64,000 nucleotides of DNA, taken from positions 160,001 to 224,000 of the forward strand of contig CAWAWS010000016.1 of assembly GCA_963785725.1 (NCBI GenBank), written 5' to 3'. Of this stretch, positions 10,971-23,671 are shown piece by piece. The position numbers and the translations under genes were made by a program. The stretch comes from an uncultured delta proteobacterium (lineage in GTDB: Bacteria; Myxococcota_A; Polyangia; Palsa-1104). The notes under the pieces are model-generated. The model was not told the DNA's origin. It made no database searches and worked only from the letters and a program-made list of their open reading frames with translations. Every line of letters begins with the position of its first letter. Position 1 is the stretch's first letter.

Positions 10971-11559
10971 GAGCGCCGACCGATCGCGCGCTGGCCGTCG
11001 AGCGGCCGGGCGTCGCCTGCGCACGGTCGCGCCGACGGAGGAAACCTATCGGCGCGCGCTGTTGCCGAACACGCCACCGCCCGTAAGGCCATCAGCAATC
11101 GCATCGGTCGATAGCCCTCCCATTTCGGTCGCACGCAATCGCGACGTTCGACCGCGATGCATCCTAGCAACGTCGGTCTCGTTTGGGCCAAACACGAAGG
11201 GACTTTTTGCGCGGTCGCGGGCCGAAAGAGAAAGACGGTAGAGGATGGAGACTATGGCCGTCGCGACGACGCGCGTTTACCGACGCTTTCGACGCCGCCG
11301 TGGCCACCGTCGCGGCGGTGCGTTGACGCGCGCTCCGTGAGCGCGGTCACGCCGCGCGCGACGCCGCTCGAACAGCGCGTGCGCGACTCTTTGTAACGAA
11401 CTGCGTCGAACCGCCTCTTACCCACAGCAAGGCCGGCAGCCATTCGACCGCACCAGCTCGTGTGTCCCCACTGACTGACGATCGAGGGGCGCCGTCCCTT
11501 GCACTTAAGTCACGCCGCGCGGCGGCGCGATTGCCACCTCATTGCTTAGGAGATTCTCG

Positions 11560-12477
11560 ATGCGCATGGAGAGACTGATCTTGGCGGCCGTGTTCTTCGC
11601 CGGCTGCGGCGGCAGCAGCAACAATCAGAAGGACGCGGGCGCGACGCCCACGCCGGACCTGTCGGTTCCCGACCTCGCCACCGGCACCACGGCCCACCCC
11701 GACCTCGGCGGCGGCGGCGGCAGCGACGGCGGCAGCAGCGTCGGCGAAGACGGCGGCGCGCCCGGCGCCGGCGCCATCCACCTGACCACCAGCGCGACGC
11801 TCGGCGCGTACCTCGTCGACGGCGCCGGCCGCACGCTCTACCTCTTCGGCAGCGACGTGCCCGCCGGCGCCGCGACGCCCGCCGTCAGCAACTGCTTGGC
11901 GCAGTGCCTGCCGTACTGGCCCGTCTTCCACGTCGACACCGTCACCGTCTCCGGCAACCTGTCGGCCAGCGACTTCGCCGAGATCCTGCGCAGCGACGGC
12001 GCCAAGCAGACGACCTACAAAGGCTGGCCGCTCTACTACTTCGCCAGCGACACGGCCGCGGGCGACGTCAATGGCCAGGGCGTCGCCGGCACGTGGTTCG
12101 TCGCCACGCAGCCGTTCTACACGACGATGGTCCGCGCCGACGCCACCGCCGCGCACTTCCTCACCGACGGCGGCGGCCGCTCGCTCTACGTCTTCGCCAG
12201 CGACACCGTCGGCACGTCGACGACGGCGCCCGTCAGCGCCTGCCAGACCGGCGGCTGCGCGACGAACTGGCCCGTCTTCACGCTCGGCCCGACGATCGCG
12301 CCCGGCACGCTCGCCGGCACCGACTTCACGACCTTGACCTGGACCGACGGCACGACGAAGCAGGTCGTCTACAAGGGCCACCCGCTCTATTACTTCAAGG
12401 GCGACGCCGCGGCGCCCGGTGCCGTCGCCGGTCGCGCCGTGCCCAACTGGGCGACGCTCGATCCCACCGCGCCCTAA
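11560..12477 (+). CDS. Lipoprotein with two Y-x4-D secreted-repeat domains (COG4315-like)
   Basis: AGGAG RBS; lipobox FFAGC; duplicated L(V/T)DGxGR(T/S)LY...D...C...WP...YKG(W/H)PLYYF..D. Confidence 0.85.
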   Translation: MRMERLILAAVFFAGCGGSSNNQKDAGATPTPDLSVPDLATGTTAHPDLGGGGGSDGGSSVGEDGGAPGAGAIHLTTSATLGAYLVDGAGRTLYLFGSDVPAGAATPAVSNCLAQCLPYWPVFHVDTVTVSGNLSASDFAEILRSDGAKQTTYKGWPLYYFASDTAAGDVNGQGVAGTWFVATQPFYTTMVRADATAAHFLTDGGGRSLYVFASDTVGTSTTAPVSACQTGGCATNWPVFTLGPTIAPGTLAGTDFTTLTWTDGTTKQVVYKGHPLYYFKGDAAAPGAVAGRAVPNWATLDPTAP

Positions 12478-12561
12478 GCGCCTACCACCGTTGCGCAGCG
12501 GGTCGATTATGCGCTAATCCTCCCTCGCCGTTCGCAGTCGATCGATAGGGAGTTGCCGTTC

Positions 12562-13344
12562 ATGCGCGTCGTTCAGTCGGTCCAGTCGTTACAACATCCG
12601 CTCGCCGCCGAGATCGTGCAGCTCACGGCACGCGTGGCCGACCATCCGCTGTTCGCGCGCTTGCAGACGCTGCCGCGGGTGCGCTGCTTCATGGAGCATC
12701 ACGTCTGGGCGGTGTGGGACTTCATGGCGCTCTTGAAGTCGCTGCAGGCGGAGCTGGCGCCGACGGTGTCGCCCTGGCGGCCGCGCGACGCCGCCTCGGC
12801 GCGGCTCATCAACGAGATCGTGCTCGGCGAAGAGAGCGACCTCGGCCCCGACGGTGAGCCGGCCAGCCACTTCGAGGTCTACTTGACGGCGATGCAGGCG
12901 GCGGGCGCGGAGACGACGCCGATTCGCCGCTTCCTGTCGCTGCTCGGCCGCGGCATGAACGTCGAGCGCGCGCTCGACGAGGCCGCCGCGCCGCCGGCCG
13001 CCGCCCGCTTCGTGCGCGCGACGCTGCAGCTGACGCAAGAGCCGCTGCCGGCGCGCCTCGCGGCCTTCACGCTCGGCCGCGAAGACATCATTCCGTCGAT
13101 GTTCAGCCAGCTGGTGGCCAAGCTGGAGGCGCCGGGCGGCGATCTGCGCGCGCTCGTGTGGTACCTCGATCGCCACGTCACCGTCGACGGTGACGAGCAC
13201 GGCCCGATGGCCGCGCGCCTGTTTACGCGGCTGTGCCTCGCCGACGACAAGTCGCGCGAGCTGGCGCTGGCCGCCGGTCGCGTCGCGCTCGCCGATCGGC
13301 TGGCGCTGTGGGACGCCGTGCAAGCCGCCGTCGAGCGGCTGTAA
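12562..13344 (+). CDS. DUF3050 family protein (heme-oxygenase-like fold)
   Basis: FMEHHVWAVWDFMALLKSLQ, INEIVLGEESD, SHFEVYL, GREDIIP, YLDRHVTVDGDEHGP. Confidence 0.85.
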   Translation: MRVVQSVQSLQHPLAAEIVQLTARVADHPLFARLQTLPRVRCFMEHHVWAVWDFMALLKSLQAELAPTVSPWRPRDAASARLINEIVLGEESDLGPDGEPASHFEVYLTAMQAAGAETTPIRRFLSLLGRGMNVERALDEAAAPPAAARFVRATLQLTQEPLPARLAAFTLGREDIIPSMFSQLVAKLEAPGGDLRALVWYLDRHVTVDGDEHGPMAARLFTRLCLADDKSRELALAAGRVALADRLALWDAVQAAVERL

Positions 13345-13394
13345 CCACCGCGCCGCGCGATTTCGGCTGGAGTCGCGGCCGCGCTTGCGGGAAC

Positions 13395-13814
13395 ATGCGC
13401 GCCATGGCCGTCATCGCCACCACCCTCGTCGACAGCGAAGTCGGCTACGCGCAGCGGATCGAATCGGCCGGGCATCATTTGACGGCCGACGAGGCCACGG
13501 CCGCCGGCGGCAGCGACACCGGACCCGCGCCCTACGGCTTACTGCTGGCGGCGCTGGGCGCGTGCACGTCGATTACGCTGCGCATGTATGCCGCGCACAA
13601 AGGTTGGACGCTCGGCCATATCCACGTCGAGCTGCGACACGTCAAGACGCACGACGGCGGCGAGCACATCGAGCGCGACGTCCGCTTCGGCGCGCCGTTG
13701 ACCGCCGAGCAGCGACAACACATCGCCGACATCGTCGAGAAGACGCCGGTCACCAAGACGATCAAGGCCGGCGCCGCCATTCAGACGCGCCTCGTCGACG
13801 CCGCGACGATCTGA
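13395..13814 (+). CDS. OsmC-family protein
   Basis: ADE...GGSDTGPAPYGLLLAALGACTSITLRMYA. Confidence 0.88.
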   Translation: MRAMAVIATTLVDSEVGYAQRIESAGHHLTADEATAAGGSDTGPAPYGLLLAALGACTSITLRMYAAHKGWTLGHIHVELRHVKTHDGGEHIERDVRFGAPLTAEQRQHIADIVEKTPVTKTIKAGAAIQTRLVDAATI

Positions 13815-13978
13815 CGCTCGGCGTCGATTCGCCGGTGCGCGCGACAAGCTCGCGTCGCTCATCTCGGTTCGGTCGCGAGTGGCGGCGACGGTCGCGCCGC
13901 CGCGCGCGGGCCATTTCGCCCGTCGCTGCCGCTGTCCGACATTGACCTAGCGGCGCCAAAGAAGCGCGTTAGTATGGC

Positions 13979-16702
<2,724 letters not shown>

Positions 16703-16705
16703 CCG

Positions 16706-18172
16706 CTACGACGACGGCGCCGTCTGATAGGTCAGACACTTGGCGTGCAAGAGTCCGGTGACGGCGCCCTCGATGACGAGGCGATAGGTGTCGTCGAAGC
16801 CGGTGTTGGGATCGGTGCGCGGCGGGCACAGCGGATCGTCGGCGACGTGCCAGCAAGGGGTCGCGCCCGACGAGTCGCAGCGGCCCATCGGCGTCGTGTC
16901 GTCGCCGACGGTGACGTCGCAGCTCGGCGACGCCGGCGACACCAGCGCCAGCGGCAAGCAGCCGCCGGCCGCCTGCAGCGCCATCTCGCTGCCGACGCCT
17001 TGCATGGCCAGCGAGAAATCGGGCGTCTGATCGAGCGCGTCGCCGCAGATCGACCACGACTGATGCACCGACGCGGCGTTGACGACGCTCGCGATGCGCA
17101 CCGCCGGATCGCCGAAGAACGCCGGATCGACGCTGTTCTGACACGCGTGCTGCAGCCGCTCGACGCAGGCCACGTCGAGCGCGCCGCAGGGCACGTACGA
17201 CGGATTGGGCGCGATGCCGAGCCCGGTGCCGCTGGTCACGAGCGCGAGCGTCACCGGCGTCGCCGGCGCATCGATGGCCAAGAGCGCCACCTGGCTCGGG
17301 TCGCTCTTGATGCCGCCGTTGGCCGTCGTCTGAGTAAACATGTTGATATAACGGCTGACATCGTAGGCGAGGCCGACGTTGTTCGGCGCCGCAACGCAGC
17401 TCGTGAGCGGGCCGGCTGCGTCGTTGCCGTAGGGCACGGGCATGCCGCCGCACTCGATGGCGAAGCGCGTCTGGCGAAAGGTGTCGTAGGCGCCGTAGAC
17501 GTTGACGTCGGCGGCCGACTCGTAGAATTTGGCGTCGGGCGGCGCCGAGCCGTCGTCCTCGTTGGTGACGAAGACGACGGCGAGCGCGGCGTCATCGCGG
17601 AGAAAGCCGCTGTTCTCCTGCGTGTTGTGCAGCGCCGCGTAGACCGACTCCAGCTGATGCTCGAAGCCGCAGCCCTCCGCGCCCACCGACGCCATGCAGG
17701 TAAACGTCGTCGACAGGTCTTGGCCCGCCGGCAAGTTGCTCGTCACCGCGCCCGAGGCGTCGACCTGATACGAGATGAAGGGCGTGCCGCTCGGCGGCAG
17801 ACAGCCGGCATCGGCCGCGACGCCGACCGCTTGCAGGAGGCCCTTTTGCCCGCCGGGCGAGGCGTCACAGCCGCCGCCGGCGGTGTCGCCCGCGCCGTAG
17901 TCGGACGTCACGACGCCGATGTGCAAATCGAGCGTGCCGCCTTGGTTCAAGCCCGACAGCGTCTGAATCAGCTGCGGAAAACGCGCGCGCAGCTCGACCT
18001 GCATGGCGTCCATCGACGGCGAGTTGTCGACCATGAACAAGAGGTCGCTCTTGCCTTGCGTCCCCATGCCGACAATCGCATCCGTCTGCGTGATGTTGGC
18101 CGGCAGCCCGACCAATAGTCGCGAAGTACACCCGCTCGCCACCGCCGCGAGCACAACGAGAGACCACCTCAT
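16706..18172 (-). CDS. Myxobacterial Cys-rich lipoprotein with vWA-like domain
   Basis: Lipobox VASGC; DLLFMVDNSPSM (MIDAS-like DxSxS), LHIGVVTSD, GCGFEHQLE, FLRDDA. Confidence 0.75.
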   Translation of the reverse strand: MRWSLVVLAAVASGCTSRLLVGLPANITQTDAIVGMGTQGKSDLLFMVDNSPSMDAMQVELRARFPQLIQTLSGLNQGGTLDLHIGVVTSDYGAGDTAGGGCDASPGGQKGLLQAVGVAADAGCLPPSGTPFISYQVDASGAVTSNLPAGQDLSTTFTCMASVGAEGCGFEHQLESVYAALHNTQENSGFLRDDAALAVVFVTNEDDGSAPPDAKFYESAADVNVYGAYDTFRQTRFAIECGGMPVPYGNDAAGPLTSCVAAPNNVGLAYDVSRYINMFTQTTANGGIKSDPSQVALLAIDAPATPVTLALVTSGTGLGIAPNPSYVPCGALDVACVERLQHACQNSVDPAFFGDPAVRIASVVNAASVHQSWSICGDALDQTPDFSLAMQGVGSEMALQAAGGCLPLALVSPASPSCDVTVGDDTTPMGRCDSSGATPCWHVADDPLCPPRTDPNTGFDDTYRLVIEGAVTGLLHAKCLTYQTAPSS

Positions 18173-18197
18173 GCCGACCTCCTCGGGCGTCCGATCG

Positions 18198-19063
18198 TCA
18201 GGGAGTCGCCGCACGCGAGCCGTCATCGACAGCGGCGCGCACCGACGGCAAGAATAGGCTCAGCGGATAACGGCTCTGAAAGTCCTCGAAGAGCGCGTGC
18301 ACGTCGTCGCCACGCGCCGCCGCAGCTCGCACGCGCAGGGCGTCGCGCTCCTCGGCCAGCAGTCCCGACGGGAACAGCGTGGCGTGGCGGTTGACGGCGG
18401 CCAGCGCGCCGTCGTCGTCACCGGAGGCCAGCGCCGTGCGCGCCTTCTCCAAGAGCGCGCGCTCGTCGGCCAGCGTGCGCGGGTGCGCCGCCTCCGCATT
18501 CGGCTTCGGCAGCGCGTGCAGGTGATTGCCGTGCGTCGACCGCGGCGCCGCCGCGGCGATGCGCGCGGTCACCGGACGCGCCGCCGCCTCGTGCTCGGCG
18601 GCGGCTTCGGCGGCCGCGCGCGCCGCGTCGTTCACGTCGATGGTCATGGGCGTGGCGGGCGCATCGGCCGGGCGCGCTCAATCGGCCGACGCCGCGGGCG
18701 CGACCGCGACCGCTTGCGGCGACAGGCGATGCGCGCGCTCGCTGACGACGGCCGCGTTCGCCCGCGCCGCGCGATGCGCGAAATAGCCGGCCGCGGCCAG
18801 ATCCCGCCGCCCGCCGCCAACACCAGCGCCAGCTTCGCGGTCACCAGTGACTTGCCGCCGAGCGCCGACAGTTTGCCCGTCGTCGACAGCTTGCCCGCCG
18901 CCGGCGCCGCCGTCGACGCCGCGGCGCCAATCGCGACGCCCAGCGTCTGCTCGAGCCGCTGCCGCACGCGACCGCGCGCCAGCTCGTTCGGACCGTCCGC
19001 GGCCCGCTCGGCGTGCAACAGCGCCTCGAGATCGGGCGGCAGCCGGCGCAGCTCGTCGCTCAT
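18198..19063 (-). CDS. Putative anti-sigma/membrane protein with C-terminal TPR-like helices, frameshifted near 18650-18800
   Basis: ATGA overlap with sigma stop; MSDELRRLPPDLEALL...; hydrophobic KLALVLAAGGGIW; C-terminal LADERALLEKARTAL...FPSGLLAEER. Confidence 0.65.
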
Positions 19064-19617
19064 CGCTCGCCCTCCTTGCCGGCCGCGCGCAGCCGCTTGA
19101 CCGCCGCTGCGAAGTCGACGCGCGCCAGCCGCAAGCGCGAATACGCCGTATTCAACCGGAGGCCCAGCGCCAGCGCGATCTCCGGCATGCCCTGCTCGTC
19201 GATGTCGTGCATCACCAACACGGCGCGCCGGTTCTCGTCGAGCTGCTCGAGCGCCGCCAAGACGAGGTTGCGATCTTCGCGCGCGCCCATCTTGTCGTCG
19301 ACGAGCGGCTCCTCGCACGGCGGCGCCACCGGCGGCTCGCCCGGCCATTCGCGGCGATGCTGCGCCCGCCGCCGATAGTCCGAGGCCACACGAAAGGCGA
19401 TGCCCGACAGCCACGGTCGAATCGGCCGGGACGCGTCATAGCGATCGCGGGCGCGATAAAAGGCCACGAAGACGTCGTGGCACAGGTCTTCCAAGTCGCG
19501 ATCCCACACGCCGAAGCGACGCAGCGTATGCCACACGTGCGCCAGCTCCGCCTCGTAGAGGGCGGTGAAGTCGAATTCGGGCAGGTCCGCCCGCTGGCTT
19601 CGGCCGAGCACACTCAT
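19060..19617 (-). CDS. ECF RNA polymerase sigma factor
   Basis: DLEDLCHDVF, RPWLSGIA (region 2); EIALALGLRLNTAYSRLRLAR (region 4). Confidence 0.9.
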   Translation of the reverse strand: MSVLGRSQRADLPEFDFTALYEAELAHVWHTLRRFGVWDRDLEDLCHDVFVAFYRARDRYDASRPIRPWLSGIAFRVASDYRRRAQHRREWPGEPPVAPPCEEPLVDDKMGAREDRNLVLAALEQLDENRRAVLVMHDIDEQGMPEIALALGLRLNTAYSRLRLARVDFAAAVKRLRAAGKEGER

Positions 19618-19642
19618 GATAGGGATCGGCCATCGCCATCCG

Positions 19643-20641
19643 TCACGGAAAATGCGCCAAAACCGCCAGGCCCAAAGCGCTGGAAACGGGCGGCGTCCTG
19701 TAAAGCCTGTGGCTTAGATCACCGAGCGAGCCGGCGTACAGCTCCATGCGCGTCACCGGCGCCAAGAGGTCGGCGTGGACGCGAATCGCCATCGGCGCCG
19801 GCAGCGGCACGTCGAAGGCGAGGCGGCCGCCGAACGCCGCGTAAAAGCTGCTGACCGTGCGCGGCGCGTTGTAGCCGCCGCCGTCGCCGCGCTCGGCGCC
19901 GATGGCCGCGATCGCGCAGATCGAGGCCACTTTGTGGCGCACGCAGGGCACGATCATGCCGATGATGAGCGCCGTCTCGACGCGCCCGCCGAACGCCGCG
20001 GGCGCCGCCGAAGGCACGTCGCCGCGCATCTCGACGCCGAGGCTCCAGCGCGCCTTGTTGATGCCGAGGTGGACCGTGAACGCGAAGGCCGGCGCCGGTC
20101 CGGCGTCGAGCGCGGCGGCGATGCCGACGCTGGCGTCGATGCCCACCGGCCAATGGCGGCGCGACCTGCCCACCGTCGGCACTTCGCTGTCGACGGCTTG
20201 CGCCGCGTGGTCCGGCAGCGCGCCCGTCCACGGGTCCGTCTTCTCCATTTTGCGGCCGGTCGCTTGCGCCTGCGCGCGCAGCGGCTCGACGGCCAGGCCG
20301 AGGACGAGCTCGACCGCCGGCGCCAGCTCGCCGCAGTCGTGACCGCGCAGCGCGCGCGCCCCCATCGGCGCGCCTTCGGCGTCGCTGAGCTCGATGCGCG
20401 CCTCGACGCCACCGTCGAGCCGCTCGATCGTCGCCGTCACCGTCAGCGGCCCGTCGCCGAAGGGATCGTAGCCGAGCTGCGCGGTCACCGCCTCGCGCAG
20501 CGTCGGCTCGTCGGGACAGTCGAGCGCGCCTTGGCCGCGCTGATACAGAAGCCGGACGCCTGGCGCCGCCGCCGCCGACTGCGCCGCTCCCAGCATCAGC
20601 GCGAGGACGGCGACAATCGGCGCCGCCCGACACGAACCCAT
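19643..20641 (-). CDS. Exported hypothetical protein with beta-rich C-terminal half (possible small OM barrel)
   Basis: Signal peptide; CPDE...AVTAQLGYDPF N-domain; alternating hydrophobic strands; directly upstream of ECF gene. Confidence 0.6.
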   Translation of the reverse strand: MGSCRAAPIVAVLALMLGAAQSAAAAPGVRLLYQRGQGALDCPDEPTLREAVTAQLGYDPFGDGPLTVTATIERLDGGVEARIELSDAEGAPMGARALRGHDCGELAPAVELVLGLAVEPLRAQAQATGRKMEKTDPWTGALPDHAAQAVDSEVPTVGRSRRHWPVGIDASVGIAAALDAGPAPAFAFTVHLGINKARWSLGVEMRGDVPSAAPAAFGGRVETALIIGMIVPCVRHKVASICAIAAIGAERGDGGGYNAPRTVSSFYAAFGGRLAFDVPLPAPMAIRVHADLLAPVTRMELYAGSLGDLSHRLYRTPPVSSALGLAVLAHFP

Positions 20642-20702
20642 CTTAGAACGTTTACGCGGTGGGCCGCGCCGCGACAAGTACGGCGCTCACTTTCCGTCGC
20701 CG

Positions 20703-22187
20703 CTATTGCGGATAGTAGCTGCGCACCATCGTGAAAAAGTCACGGGTTCCCGGCCGATCGGGCTCGCCGCCGATCGTCCAATAAGTGATGCCGCCCAACC
20801 CCGCCGTCTGCGCCGCTTGCACCTTCTGCTCGAGCGAAGCCAAGTCGTCGAAGTAGAGGTGACCTTGCGCCGCCGACTGCGCGTTGGGCGCGATGCCCGC
20901 CGCCAGCGTCGTCACGCCGTTCGTAAACGGGCAGACGCTCATGTGCGTCGTCGTCGAGGAATAGACGCCGGCGACGAGGTTGATGCTGTCCATCGACGAG
21001 CCGGACCAGGAGGTGACGCCGCTGTCGGGTCCGGCGAGGCCGTAGTTGGGCATGCCGAGGATGAACTTCTGCTTCACCGTGCCGCCCGAGATCGTGGCGA
21101 TGTACGCGAACACGTTCTGCAGCCAGCCGAGCGGCGCCACCGGCCCCGGATGCGAGCCGAGATAGTGGTAGTCGTAGCCCATCACGTGCAGCTGATCGGC
21201 CGACTGCGCCAGCGCCGTGTAGTCCCAGTGCGAATAGCCCGGCACCGTCTCGGCACCGACGGCGAACGAGAGCGTCTTGCCTTGCGCGTGCAGGAGCGCG
21301 CTCAGCTCGGCCGCGAACTGCGAGAACGCCGCGAGATCGGTCGGCTGCAGATGCTCGTAGTCGAGGTCGATGCCGTCGTAGTGCTTCGACGTCACCAAGG
21401 CCACGATCGCCGCTTCGTGCTGGGCGCGCAGGGTCGCGCTGTTGATGATGGTCGAGGTCCAGGTCGGCTGACTGCCGTCGTCGGCGGTGATCGTCGGGAT
21501 GATGAGCGTGCGCTGGCCGCCGATCGTCGTCGCCGCCAGCACCGCGGGCGCGCCTTCGCCAAAGTTGGTCACGATCGTCGTCGTCGAGCCGAGGTGGTAC
21601 CAAACCGGGTGCACGGCATCGAACTGCGACGCGTGCGCGATGAAGTCGGCGTAATTCGGATCTTGGTCGACGCTGACGTACCCGGTCGGCATGAGCCAGC
21701 CGCAGAAACGGTGGTGATTCGTCGCCGGCGTCGTGGTCGGCGCGCCGCCGTTGGTCGTGAACGTGGCGTCGGACGAATAGACCATGTTGCCGCTGCCGTC
21801 CTGCGAGCGGACGCGATAGTGATACGTCGTCGCGGCGGTCAAACCGGTGATCACGATCGAATGCTGCGTGCTGTTGTCGTTGCTGTAGACGCTCCAGCTG
21901 CCGTAGGCGGTCGTCGCGCCGTACTGCACCTGCGCATCGGCGGCGGCCGAGGTCGTCCAGCTCACCGTCGCGCTCACGTCGTCGGCGCCCGCGGTCGCCG
22001 TCACGCCGGTGATGGTCGTCGCTGCCCCGGACGCGCTCGACGTGATCGGCAGCGCCAAGTCGGGCGCGCTCAGCGTCATCGGCACCGCCAAATCGGGATT
22101 GCCACCGCCGCCGCCGACTGCCGCGGCGTGCTGATTCGCGCTGCAGCCGAGTAAAAGTGTAGCCCAAGCGAGAGAAGTAATTTTCAT
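20703..22187 (-). CDS. GH18 glycosyl hydrolase lipoprotein with FN3-like domain
   Basis: Lipobox LLLGC; VSWTT...QYG...GLTAATTYHYRV (FN3-like); catalytic YDGIDLDYE (DxxDxDxE); MGYDY. Confidence 0.88.
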   Translation of the reverse strand: MKITSLAWATLLLGCSANQHAAAVGGGGGNPDLAVPMTLSAPDLALPITSSASGAATTITGVTATAGADDVSATVSWTTSAAADAQVQYGATTAYGSWSVYSNDNSTQHSIVITGLTAATTYHYRVRSQDGSGNMVYSSDATFTTNGGAPTTTPATNHHRFCGWLMPTGYVSVDQDPNYADFIAHASQFDAVHPVWYHLGSTTTIVTNFGEGAPAVLAATTIGGQRTLIIPTITADDGSQPTWTSTIINSATLRAQHEAAIVALVTSKHYDGIDLDYEHLQPTDLAAFSQFAAELSALLHAQGKTLSFAVGAETVPGYSHWDYTALAQSADQLHVMGYDYHYLGSHPGPVAPLGWLQNVFAYIATISGGTVKQKFILGMPNYGLAGPDSGVTSWSGSSMDSINLVAGVYSSTTTHMSVCPFTNGVTTLAAGIAPNAQSAAQGHLYFDDLASLEQKVQAAQTAGLGGITYWTIGGEPDRPGTRDFFTMVRSYYPQ

Positions 22188-22358
22188 CGAGCGCCGACCA
22201 CAGCAATGGCCGGACCAGCGCAAAGCGATGCATTATCAATAACTTGACATTCTTATTCTGTAATATTCCAGCGACAGTTGTAGCCGCCAATATACAGGGT
22301 CTGCTGTAGGGCTTTTGCGCAGGCTGGCGCTGGCACGCCGAGTGAACCGTGTCGCCGC

Positions 22359-23240
22359 ATGGCGAATCCGGACGACCGAACGAGCGCGCCGTTGCCGCAA
22401 AATGGAAGCGCGCGTGCGTCGCTGAGCGACGAGAGTTCCACACGCGATCGCGACACCGTCGCCGATCGCGTCATCGGCTTCTTACGGCGCGACAATCCGC
22501 TGTCGCGGCGTGCGAAAGCGATCGTCAAGCAGCTGATGCGCGCGGAGTTGCCGGTGACGCCGCTGCACCGCGCCCTCGCCGCCGAGCGCTTCTGGCGGCG
22601 CATGCTGGTGCGTCACGTCGTGCGCGCGGCGTATGACCAGCCGATCCTGCGCACGATGTGCAAGTCGGTCGGCCGCGACTTCCTGCTCGATCCAGGCACG
22701 GGGATCCCCGTCATTTATGGGCTCGACGTGCACCTCGGCGACGGCGTTCACCTCTCGGGCCGGGCCACCTACGCGGGCGCCAGCCGCAACGACGGCCGCC
22801 GCCCGCGCCTCGTCGTCGGCGACCAGACCTACTTGGGCCATCGGCTCATCATCAGCTGCGACGACGAAGTGCGCATCGGCAGCCACGTCCACCTCGCCGA
22901 CGACGTCTACATTTGCGGCTACGACGGCCATCCGCGCGATCCGATCGCGCGCCGCAGCCAGCCCGGCCCGGTCGACTACAGCGGCCGGAGCCGCATCGTG
23001 CTCGAGGATGACGTCTGGATCGGTCAGGGCGTCATGATCTTGAAGGGCGTGCGCATCGGCGCCGGCGCCATCGTGGCCGCGCACGCCGTCGTCACCAAGG
23101 ACGTGACCGCGGGCGCCATCGTCGCCGGTAATCCCGCCAAAGCGGTCGGCCGAGTCGACGGCGGCGCGGTCGACGCGCTCGGATCGGTCGCCGCCGAAGC
23201 CGTCACTGCCGCCACGCCGCGCGAACGCTCGCTCGCCTGA
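22359..23240 (+). CDS. Hexapeptide-repeat (left-handed beta-helix) acyltransferase
   Basis: [37 protein letters not shown]...GNPAK. Confidence 0.88.
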   Translation: MANPDDRTSAPLPQNGSARASLSDESSTRDRDTVADRVIGFLRRDNPLSRRAKAIVKQLMRAELPVTPLHRALAAERFWRRMLVRHVVRAAYDQPILRTMCKSVGRDFLLDPGTGIPVIYGLDVHLGDGVHLSGRATYAGASRNDGRRPRLVVGDQTYLGHRLIISCDDEVRIGSHVHLADDVYICGYDGHPRDPIARRSQPGPVDYSGRSRIVLEDDVWIGQGVMILKGVRIGAGAIVAAHAVVTKDVTAGAIVAGNPAKAVGRVDGGAVDALGSVAAEAVTAATPRERSLA

Positions 23241-23261
23241 GCGTTCGCGCCGGCGGCTACA

Positions 23262-23621
23262 TCAATGTCCGAAGACGCGATTGGCGCGCTGCACGTCGTG
23301 CAGCCGCGGATGGCGTCGCGTCGTCAGGATGCGATTGCGCAGCTGCGTCAGTGAATGCAGCACGCGGTCTTTCGTCTTGTCGATGGCCGCGAACAGGGCG
23401 TCGTCGAGCTCGCGCACGTTGATGTCGCGATGTCCCTTGAGCTCGATTTGAACGTGGCAGCCGAGCGGAAAGCCACGATCGGTCTCCGCGAACAGCTGCA
23501 CCTCGATCGCGATGATGGAGAGGCTCGTATGTTTTCGGATCGGTTCGATGAGCTGGTGCTGAACGTAGGCGCGGACGCGGTCACCCAATTCGATATGGCG
23601 GGCGGTGAGGTAGACGTGCAA
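23262..23621 (-). CDS. HPF/RaiA-family ribosome-associated protein
   Basis: GGAGG 6 nt before TTG 23621; LTARHIELGDRVRAYV...DALFAAIDKTKDRV. Confidence 0.7.
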   Translation of the reverse strand: MHVYLTARHIELGDRVRAYVQHQLIEPIRKHTSLSIIAIEVQLFAETDRGFPLGCHVQIELKGHRDINVRELDDALFAAIDKTKDRVLHSLTQLRNRILTTRRHPRLHDVQRANRVFGH

Positions 23622-23671
23622 TGGGCACCTCCTAGCCACGAAGATAGGCCGCCGGCGACGCGCGCCAGGGG

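Noticed and set aside
10971..11559. ~590-nt intergenic region with a few hairpins as a riboswitch or ncRNA
   Set aside because: Only short GC-rich stems (e.g. GCGCCGA/TCGGCGC near 11030-11065); no recognisable aptamer or long-range closing helix; explicable as a divergent promoter region.
22230..22300. TTGACA and TAATAT in the AT-rich patch as a sigma70 promoter
   Set aside because: The spacer is only ~11 nt; probably regulatory DNA, but no specific element can be supported.
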